This document shows positions 54,887 to 61,432 of a stretch of 64,000 nt of DNA, piece by piece. The position numbers and the translations under genes were made by a program. The notes beneath the pieces were generated by a model. That model saw only the letters and a list, made by a program, of their open reading frames with translations, was not told where the DNA came from and searched no databases. Within the stretch, counting starts at the first letter, position 1. Every line of letters starts with the position of its first letter. This DNA comes from Gaiellaceae bacterium (GTDB lineage Bacteria > Actinomycetota > Thermoleophilia > Gaiellales > Gaiellaceae): assembly GCA_036496305.1 (NCBI GenBank), contig DASXLJ010000003.1:23777-87776 (forward strand), read 5' to 3'.

Positions 54887-55560
54887 GCCTCGGCCTCGGC
54901 GCGCGGGCTTTCGCCGCGCACGAACTGGTAGGCGAGGCCTCCGATCGAGGCGCCGAGGATCGGGGCGGCGATGTAGAGCCAGAGCGCATGCAGATTCCCC
55001 GAGACGACCGCCGGCCCGATGGAGCGAGCCGGGTTCATCGACGCGCCGGAGATCGGGCCGCCGAACATCGCGTCGAGGGCGATCGTCCCCCCGATCGCGA
55101 TCGCCGCGGCCTCGCCCACGGCGCGCGTGTCAGTCGCGACGGCGAGGATCACGAACATCAGGAACGCGCTCATGACGAGCTCCCAGAGGAACGACTGGCC
55201 CTGCGAACCGGACGGCAACGTCGCGCCCACATCCGCGATGTTCCCGAGCGAGCCCCGGAGCAACGCCGCCGCCACGAGCGCGCCGAACAGCTGCGCCGAC
55301 CAGTAGAGACCGGCGCGGCGCCAGGGGAAGTGCCGCGTCAACGCGAACGCGAAGGTCACGGCCGGATTGAAGTGGGCGCCGCTGATGTGGCCGACGGCGT
55401 AGATCCCGAACATGATCACGAGGCCGAAGCTGATCGCCACGCCGATATGGCCGAGCTGATGCGTCTTTGCATCGACCATGATCGCGCCGCATCCGGCGAA
55501 GACGAGCGCGAACGTGCCGATCGCTTCGGCCGCCAGGCAGCGAGTGATGGGACGCGTCAT
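54883..55560 (-). CDS. MIP-family channel (aquaglyceroporin, probable arsenite channel)
   Basis: Two NPA boxes (HISGAHFNPAVT, GASMNPARS). ATG 55558-55560 (rc) overlaps the arsR stop. Confidence 0.9.
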   Translation of the reverse strand: MTRPITRCLAAEAIGTFALVFAGCGAIMVDAKTHQLGHIGVAISFGLVIMFGIYAVGHISGAHFNPAVTFAFALTRHFPWRRAGLYWSAQLFGALVAAALLRGSLGNIADVGATLPSGSQGQSFLWELVMSAFLMFVILAVATDTRAVGEAAAIAIGGTIALDAMFGGPISGASMNPARSIGPAVVSGNLHALWLYIAAPILGASIGGLAYQFVRGESPRAEAEA

Positions 55561-55874
55561 CCGCCGAGCGTGTCCCGCAACTCGCGGACGGCGTCCGGCA
55601 CGAGTCGGTAGTACGCCCACGTTCCGCGGCGGCTCGACTCGACGAGCCCGGCGTCACGCAGCACCTTGAGGTGATGGGAGATCGTCGGCTGCGACAGGTC
55701 GAAAGCCGCGTTGAGATCACAGACGCAGCACTCGTCGGTCGATGCGAGCCGGCTGACGATCGCGACCCGCGTGGGATCGGAGAGCGCCCGGAAGCGAGCG
55801 GCCAGCGACTCACTCGCTGCGATGTCGAGCGGCTCCATGCTCGGGCCGCAACAGATGACCGGCAACGTCTTCAT
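55557..55874 (-). CDS. arsR: ArsR/SmtB-family metalloregulator
   Basis: HTH SQPTISHHLKVLRDAGLV, alpha3 metal site ECCVCDL, and N-terminal VICCGPS cysteines. Confidence 0.9.
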   Translation of the reverse strand: MKTLPVICCGPSMEPLDIAASESLAARFRALSDPTRVAIVSRLASTDECCVCDLNAAFDLSQPTISHHLKVLRDAGLVESSRRGTWAYYRLVPDAVRELRDTLGG

Positions 55875-55915
55875 CGATCTGTGTCAATATACCATCCATC
55901 GAAATCAATCGATGA
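55871..55915. promoter_or_regulatory. AT-rich divergent control region with nested inverted repeats (candidate ArsR operator/promoters)
   Basis: TCATCGAT(55871-78)...ATCGATGA(55908-15), plus CATCGA-aatcaa-TCGATG (55897-55914). TATATT on the minus strand lies ~11 nt before the arsR ATG. Confidence 0.45.
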
Positions 55916-55927
55916 AAGGAGGACGCG

Positions 55928-55984
55928 ATGAGCGACACCGACTGCTGCGACTGTTGCTGCTGCAAGAGCGGCAAGTGCTGCTAG
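55928..55984 (+). CDS. 18-codon cysteine-rich small ORF: MSDTDCCDCCCCKSGKCC (candidate mini-metallothionein)
   Basis: Not in the ORF track (too short). AAAGGAGGA lies 6 nt upstream of the ATG. 16 of 17 sense codons after the ATG end in G/C, matching host bias although the flanks are AT-rich. 9 Cys. A terminator hairpin follows 11 nt after TAG. Confidence 0.5.
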   Translation: MSDTDCCDCCCCKSGKCC

Positions 55985-55995
55985 GCCGACCGTGT

Positions 55996-56019
55996 CGGCG
56001 GGGGCGTACGACCCCGCCG
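55996..56019. terminator. Bidirectional hairpin between the Cys-rich sORF and ychF
   Basis: CGGCGGGG - 8 nt - CCCCGCCG followed by gcgTTTcgTT. 10 nt from the ychF stop on the other strand. Confidence 0.6.
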
Positions 56020-56028
56020 GCGTTTCGT

Positions 56029-56925
56029 TCAGACGTTGAAGCGGATGTTGAGGACGTCTCCGTCCTCGACGACGTAGTTCTTGCCTTCGAGCCGTGCCTG
56101 ACCGCCCGCGAGAAAGTCGTCGGTCGGCGTCACCTCGGCGCGGATGAAGCCGCGCGCGATGTCGGAGTGGATCGTCCCCGCGGCGTCGAGCGCCGTCTCG
56201 CCCCGGCGGAGCGTCCACGCGCGCGTGTCCTTCTCCCCGGCCGTGAAGAACGTGATCAGGCCGAGCGTCTCCGTCAAGCGGCGCACGACCTCGCCGAGCG
56301 CCGACTCGCCGCCGCCGCGGAACTCCGCCGCTTCCTCGTCGCTCAACTCCGAGAGCTCCGCTTCGAGCGCGAGATCGATCCCGTCAGGCCCGTTGACGAT
56401 CGAGATCAGCGGCTTCGTCGTGAGCGGATCGAGCTCGGACGAGAGCTCTCCGTCCCACTCGGCAAGCGTGTGGCCGGCGTCGACGTGCGCGAGCAGCCGC
56501 TCGGTCTCCGCCGCCTCGGCGCGCACCTTCGCGTCGCCCGACTTCGCCTGCTTCGCGACGCGGTCGAGCCGCTTCTCCACGTGGTCGCGGTCGGCGACGA
56601 GGAGCTCGAGCTTCAGCGTCTCGAGGTCGTCGTCCGGAACGCGCGTCCCCGAGAAGCCGTCGAGCACGACGAGCAGGGCGTCGACCTGGCGGAGGTTCCC
56701 CAGCAACTGCGGCCCCGTCCCCGGAACGTCGACGACGCGCACCGCCGCGGGAGTGATCTTGCGCGCACCGACGTGAGCCGCGAGAGCATCCAGGCGAGGA
56801 TCCGCGATCTGCGCCATCCCGACGTGCTCCTTGCCCGAGCCCGTCGCCTCGGCACGCGTGAGCGCGCGGAAGAGCGTCGTCTTCCCCGAGCTCGGCAGCC
56901 CGACAATCCCGATCTCCAGCGCCAC
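56029..56925 (-). CDS. ychF: YchF/OLA1-like P-loop GTPase/ATPase (short form, 298 aa)
   Basis: IGIVGLPSSGKTTLF (G1), VDVPG (G3), and the C-terminal TGS-like LITFFTAGEKDTRAWTLRRGETALDAAGTIHSDIARGFIRAEV. Confidence 0.85.
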   Translation of the reverse strand: MALEIGIVGLPSSGKTTLFRALTRAEATGSGKEHVGMAQIADPRLDALAAHVGARKITPAAVRVVDVPGTGPQLLGNLRQVDALLVVLDGFSGTRVPDDDLETLKLELLVADRDHVEKRLDRVAKQAKSGDAKVRAEAAETERLLAHVDAGHTLAEWDGELSSELDPLTTKPLISIVNGPDGIDLALEAELSELSDEEAAEFRGGGESALGEVVRRLTETLGLITFFTAGEKDTRAWTLRRGETALDAAGTIHSDIARGFIRAEVTPTDDFLAGGQARLEGKNYVVEDGDVLNIRFNV

Positions 56926-56946
56926 GGAGGCCAGGTTAGTGGGCGG

Positions 56947-57519
56947 CTACGAGCTCTCGATCTGCTTCTGGAGAGAAACGAGCGCGCGGTGCTGAAGCGA
57001 CTTGATCGCGCCCTGGCTCTTGTCGAGAATCGCCGCGACCTCCGCGTTCGGGAGGTTGAAGACGAACTTCAGCGTCAGCACCTGCTGCTGCTCCGGCGAG
57101 AGATCCTCGATGAGCTTCAGCATCGACTCACGCCCGATCGTCCGCAGCGCCTCGAGCTCGGCCGACGGCTCGGCCTCGTGCGCCGGCGGCTCGGGCACCT
57201 CCGCCTCCGGCTGCCAGCGGCGATGCGCGCGGAAGTGATCCATCGCGAGGTTGTGCGCGATGCGGAAGAGCCACGCGGAAAACGGCGCCGACTGCCACCG
57301 GAAGCTCCCGATCTTCTCGAGCATCTTGAGGAACGTCTGCGTCGTGAGGTCTTCCGCGTCGTGGCGGTTGCCGACGCTGACGTGGAGGTAGCTGTAGATC
57401 CGGTCGAAATGGATGAGGTAGAGCTCTTCGAGCGCGTCGCGATCGCCCTGTTGCCCGCGGGCGACAAGGTCGCGAAGATGCTCGGCCGACTCGTCGATCG
57501 TCCGTTCCGTCGCGCTCAT
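56947..57519 (-). CDS. ECF-type RNA polymerase sigma factor
   Basis: Region 2 (DAEDLTQTFLKMLEK...FSAWLFRIAHNLAMDHFR) and region 4 (QQQVLTLKFVFNLPNAEVAAILDKSQGAIKSLQHRAL). Confidence 0.88.
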   Translation of the reverse strand: MSATERTIDESAEHLRDLVARGQQGDRDALEELYLIHFDRIYSYLHVSVGNRHDAEDLTTQTFLKMLEKIGSFRWQSAPFSAWLFRIAHNLAMDHFRAHRRWQPEAEVPEPPAHEAEPSAELEALRTIGRESMLKLIEDLSPEQQQVLTLKFVFNLPNAEVAAILDKSQGAIKSLQHRALVSLQKQIESS

Positions 57520-57556
57520 CCTCTGAGGAGTACCCCGTACACGGCTCCGGCCTAAC

Positions 57557-57772
57557 TCACGCCGCGAACCCGACGCGGCCGGCGCGGACGATCCGCTTGT
57601 AATACGCGATCTGCGCGACGACGACGTGCAGCGGCCCGTCCTCCGTGTCGAGCGCGACGACGGGGTTGCTGCCGCTACCGCCGCTCAGCGCAGCCTCGAG
57701 CGCATCGGCGGAACGGGGATCGACGAACGCGGCGACCACCTGGCCGCCGGCGAAACCGAACTCGACGCGCAC
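57557..57772 (-). CDS. Hypothetical small protein (71 aa from GTG; up to 85 aa from ATG 57814)
   Basis: High GC3 from VRVEFGFAGGQVVAAF... onward. The upstream 14 codons overlap the epimerase gene and have poor bias. Confidence 0.45.
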   Translation of the reverse strand: MRVEFGFAGGQVVAAFVDPRSADALEAALSGGSGSNPVVALDTEDGPLHVVVAQIAYYKRIVRAGRVGFAA

Positions 57773-57779
57773 GCGATCG

Positions 57780-58184
57780 TCAGGCAAGGGAGACCACCTC
57801 CGAGAGGACGCCATGGACAGAGTCGGGATGGACGAATGCGACCTCGAGACCGAACATCCCGCGGCGCGGGGTCTCGTCGATCAGCTCGGCGCCTTCACCC
57901 GCGAGATCGGCGAGGGCGGCGCGGATGTCGTCGACCTCGTACGCGACATGGTGCATCCCGGGCCCGCGCTTCGCGAGGAAGCGACCGACGGGAGTGTCCT
58001 CCCCGAGCGCTCCGAGCAGCTCGACGCGGCTCTCGCCGACGCGGAGCGACGCCGCCTCGACGCCTTGGTCGTCGACCCGCTCGCGGTGCTCGAGCGTCGC
58101 ACCGAACAGCCGCGAATACGTGTCGATCGCGCCGTCCAGGTCGTCGACCGCAACGCCGACGTGGTGTACCGCGCGCGCCTTCAC
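57780..58184 (-). CDS. Methylmalonyl-CoA epimerase-like VOC protein (134 aa)
   Basis: VHHVGVAVDDLDGAIDTYSRLFGA...VELLGALGEDTPVGRFLAKRGPGMHHVAYEVDDI...HPDSVHGVLSE. GTG start 58182-58184 (rc). Confidence 0.8.
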   Translation of the reverse strand: MKARAVHHVGVAVDDLDGAIDTYSRLFGATLEHRERVDDQGVEAASLRVGESRVELLGALGEDTPVGRFLAKRGPGMHHVAYEVDDIRAALADLAGEGAELIDETPRRGMFGLEVAFVHPDSVHGVLSEVVSLA

Positions 58185-58215
58185 TTCGCCAATCGTATGT
58201 GAGAGGCTCGTCGCC

Positions 58216-58911
58216 GTGAGAGTCTTGGCAATCGCCGTAGCGGCGGCGGCGTTGCTCGCGGGATGCTCGAACGACGAGACCGTGAAGTCCAAGGCCCAGG
58301 TCATCGCGGACGCACGGCATGCGCGCGACTCGGCGAGCTCGTACCTCGTCAACGGCGTCTTCGGGCCAACGGCGGACAAGTGGATCTCCGTCCACCTCTG
58401 GGTGTCGGCGGGCAACGGTGAAGCCGGCTCGATGTCCACCAATCTTCTGACTCCCCACGTGACGCGTCACGGAGGATCATTCGATGTCCGGGTCATCGGC
58501 ACCGACCTCTACCTCCGCGGCGATCTCGCGAAGATCCCGCGACGACACGGCAGTCCGCCACCGCCGAAAGGGATATGGCTCAAGGCCTCGACAACCTCGG
58601 GACCGGTCGCGAGGCTCTACGCGCTCATCGCGCCGGCGAAGCTCTTCCCGATCCTCGACAGCGACCCGACCACGCTTACCGACCGGGGCTGGGACACCAT
58701 GGGCGACAACAACCCCGACAACCATGCCGAAGTGATCGTCGACGCGAAGGACGGCGGTGAGATGCGCGTCAGAGCGCACGGGACGCCGTACCCCGACTCG
58801 ATGACCTGGGACGACGAAGGAAACGAGCTCGAGTTCAGCAACTGGAACGCCCCTGTTCCGATCAGTCCGCCGAAGGGCGCGGTTCCGGCGTCGCGCTACG
58901 GGCTCGGCTAA
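58216..58911 (+). CDS. Lipoprotein (231 aa), paralogue A
   Basis: VRVLAIAVAAAALLAGCS lipobox. C-terminal GTPYP...FSNWNAPV is shared with paralogue B. Confidence 0.7.
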   Translation: MRVLAIAVAAAALLAGCSNDETVKSKAQVIADARHARDSASSYLVNGVFGPTADKWISVHLWVSAGNGEAGSMSTNLLTPHVTRHGGSFDVRVIGTDLYLRGDLAKIPRRHGSPPPPKGIWLKASTTSGPVARLYALIAPAKLFPILDSDPTTLTDRGWDTMGDNNPDNHAEVIVDAKDGGEMRVRAHGTPYPDSMTWDDEGNELEFSNWNAPVPISPPKGAVPASRYGLG

Positions 58912-58950
58912 GGCCAGATCGAGCCATCGACGTCGCGACGACGCGCGGAA
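58908..58950 (-). other. Relic copy of the 3' end of the ftsH-like gene (frameshifted)
   Basis: CTAAGGCCAGATCGAGCCATCGACG-TCGCGACGACGCGCGGAA compared with 59753-59796 CTACGGCCAGAGCGAGCCGTCGACGCTCGCGACGACGCGCGGAA: 3 mismatches plus a 1-nt indel, with the stop codon retained. Confidence 0.6.
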
Positions 58951-58969
58951 ACGGTGTCCGACACCGCCT
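58947..58969 (+). repeat. P2 element copy (GGAAACGGTGTCCGACACCGCCT)
   Basis: Perfect match to the 42296-42318 unit. 19 nt upstream of the lipoprotein B start. Confidence 0.8.
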
Positions 58970-58988
58970 ATGTGAAAGGATCGCGCGG

Positions 58989-59684
58989 ATGCGGTCGACA
59001 GCGTTAGCCCTCGCCGCGGTCGGCCTCCTACTCGCCGGCTGCGGCGGCGGTTCTGCTCCGGCGAGCAGCGAGCCGCCGAACGGCGAGGCGTCGAAGACGG
59101 GGGCCCAGGTGTTCAAAGATGCCGAGAAAGCCGTGAGGCGCGCGAGTTCGGTGCATGTCTCGCAAACCTCGCATGGCACGACCGACGCCGAGATCGTCCC
59201 GGGCAAGGGGGGAACCGCGTCGTACACAGAAGGCGGCGGCGCCCGTTTCCAGGTCGTCGATACCGGCGACGCGTACTACATCCTCGGGAACAACGCGTAC
59301 TGGAACTCGCGGGCGGAATCAAAGCTCCGAGGACGGTGGCTGAAGTGCCCGCCCGGTAGCTATATGAGCCGGGTCGGGGCCCCAGGGTTCATTCTCTATG
59401 CGGCTTTTGGCGGCGAGTACGGCGGCACCTTGAGGAACGCGGGGGAAACGACGTACAACGGCCAGAGAGTCGTCGAGATCCGCGGCACGGATAGCGAGGA
59501 CGTCGGGGCCGGCGAAATAAAGCTCTATGTCGCGGCGACGGGGACGCCGTATCCACTCGCGTTCGTCACGAAGTACGGGACGTTGGCGTTCAGTGACTTC
59601 AACGCCCCGGTCAGACTGACAGCGCCCCGGGACGCGCTCAGCGACCAGTCGCTCTGTGAAACCGTGAGCTACGAGCCTCATTAG
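58989..59684 (+). CDS. Lipoprotein (231 aa), paralogue B
   Basis: MRSTALALAAVGLLLAGCG lipobox. ...ATGTPYPLAFVTKYGTLAFSDFNAPV. Confidence 0.7.
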   Translation: MRSTALALAAVGLLLAGCGGGSAPASSEPPNGEASKTGAQVFKDAEKAVRRASSVHVSQTSHGTTDAEIVPGKGGTASYTEGGGARFQVVDTGDAYYILGNNAYWNSRAESKLRGRWLKCPPGSYMSRVGAPGFILYAAFGGEYGGTLRNAGETTYNGQRVVEIRGTDSEDVGAGEIKLYVAATGTPYPLAFVTKYGTLAFSDFNAPVRLTAPRDALSDQSLCETVSYEPH

Positions 59685-59752
59685 GTGGCGCACGCGCTCG
59701 CGACGCCGGGGGTGACGACGCCCGCGCTCCGGTTCGACGTCTGAGAAGTGAT

Positions 59753-61405
59753 CTACGGCCAGAGCGAGCCGTCGACGCTCGCGACGACGCGCGGAACGCC
59801 CACGCTCTCCGATGCGCGCGACTCCGGCTCGACGTCCTTGAAGAGCTCGATCACCTCGTCCCGCCCGAGCGTTTCCTTCTCGAGGAGCGCCGCGGCGATC
59901 CGGTCGAGCGCGGGCCGGTGCTTCGCGATGAGACGCAGCGACTCGTTGTACGCACTGTTCGTGAGGAGAGACTGCTCGTCGTCGCGGAGCTGCTTCGTCG
60001 CCTCGGAGAGCGCGTAGTTGTCGGCGCGCATCGTCCGGGCCTTGGCCGAGTCGGACATGCCCCAGTCGAACACCATGTGCCGTGCGATGTCGGTGACTTT
60101 CTCGAGGTCGTTCGCGGCGCCGTTCGTGACACGGCCGAAGACGACCTCCTCCGCGGCGCGGCCGGCGAGCGCGACGATCATCCAATCCTGCAGCTCCTCC
60201 TTCGTGTGGAGGTAGCGATCCTCTTCCGGCAGGTGGAGCGTGTAGCCGAGCGCGGTGCCGCGGGCGACGATCGTGACCTTCTGCAGCTCGGCGACGCCGC
60301 CCATGAGGTGCGCCATGAGCGCGTGGCCGCCCTCGTGGTACGCGAGAATCCGGCGCTCCTTCTCCGTGAGCACCTTCTTCTGCTGGAGGCCGGCGACGAC
60401 GCGCTCGAGCGCTCCGTCGAAGTCCTCCTGGATGATGACGCTGTCGCCGCGACGGCCCGCCGCGATCGCCGCCTCGTTGCAGACGTTCGCGAGCTCGGCA
60501 CCGGTGAGGCCGGCCGTCTGGCGCGCGACGGTCGAAAGGCTCGCGTTCGCGTCGATCGGCTTGCCGCGCGTGTGGACGGCGAGGATCGCCTCGCGGCCGG
60601 CGAGATCCGGCGGCGGAACGAGCATCTGCCGGTCGAAGCGCCCCGGGCGAAGCAGCGCCTGGTCGAGATCCTCGATGCGGTTCGATGCGCCCATGACGAC
60701 GACCTGCGCCGCGCCGTCGAACCCGTCGAGCTCGACGAGAAGCTGATTGAGCGTCTGATCCTGCTCGCGGTTGAAGCCGTGCCCGGTGCGCTGGGCACCG
60801 ACGGCGTCGAGCTCGTCGATGAAGACGATCGCCGGCGTGTTCTTCCGTGCCTCGGCGAAGAGCTTCCGGATACGTGCCGCGCCAAGGCCGGCGAACATCT
60901 CGACGAACGACGATGCGCTCGCGGAGTAGAAGTTCGCCCCGGACTCGTGCGCGACCGCCTTCGCGAGCAGTGTCTTGCCGGTGCCCGGAGGGCCGTAGAG
61001 CAGGAGCCCCTTCGGGACCTTCGCGCCGAGCGCCTCGAAGCGCTTCGGGTCGCGGAGAAAGTCGACGACCTCTTCGAGCTCGACGCGCACTTCCTCGACG
61101 CCGGCGACGTCAGCCCACGTCGTCGACGACGATCCCTTCGTCGCCATGTTCTGCGGCTTCGTGCGCGGCATCGAGCCGAGCAATCTCCACAGCAGGAACG
61201 CGGTGAAGCCGAGGACGAGCACGAAGAACACGGGAAGCCAGTCCGTCGCGAACTGCTTGAAGCTGTCGAGCCACGCCCCGACCATCGAGTGGTGCGGGTT
61301 GGCGATCGAGTTGAGCGCCGCGGCGAGCCGGTCGTTGGCGGCTTTCAGCTGCGCGTAGGTCTGATGTGCAGGAGGGGACGCTGGCGCTGAGAACCGCATG
61401 ACCAT
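59753..61405 (-). CDS. FtsH-like AAA+ zinc metalloprotease, single-TM short form (550 aa)
   Basis: Walker A GPPGTGKTLLAKA, Walker B IVFIDELDA, SRH, and HEGGHAL (HExxH). Only one hydrophobic segment (WLPVFFVLVLGFTAFLLWRLL). Confidence 0.9.
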   Translation of the reverse strand: MVMRFSAPASPPAHQTYAQLKAANDRLAAALNSIANPHHSMVGAWLDSFKQFATDWLPVFFVLVLGFTAFLLWRLLGSMPRTKPQNMATKGSSSTTWADVAGVEEVRVELEEVVDFLRDPKRFEALGAKVPKGLLLYGPPGTGKTLLAKAVAHESGANFYSASASSFVEMFAGLGAARIRKLFAEARKNTPAIVFIDELDAVGAQRTGHGFNREQDQTLNQLLVELDGFDGAAQVVVMGASNRIEDLDQALLRPGRFDRQMLVPPPDLAGREAILAVHTRGKPIDANASLSTVARQTAGLTGAELANVCNEAAIAAGRRGDSVIIQEDFDGALERVVAGLQQKKVLTEKERRILAYHEGGHALMAHLMGGVAELQKVTIVARGTALGYTLHLPEEDRYLHTKEELQDWMIVALAGRAAEEVVFGRVTNGAANDLEKVTDIARHMVFDWGMSDSAKARTMRADNYALSEATKQLRDDEQSLLTNSAYNESLRLIAKHRPALDRIAAALLEKETLGRDEVIELFKDVEPESRASESVGVPRVVASVDGSLWP

Positions 61406-61432
61406 CTCTTCGGCATCGGAGCCACCCGACCT

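Noticed and set aside
55928-55984. Poly-Cys sORF as a cysteine-responsive leader or attenuator peptide, as described for mycobacterial polycysteine uORFs.
   Set aside because: It is followed by its own terminator and then a convergent gene (ychF). There is no downstream same-strand gene to attenuate. It also has a strong SD and is not leaderless.
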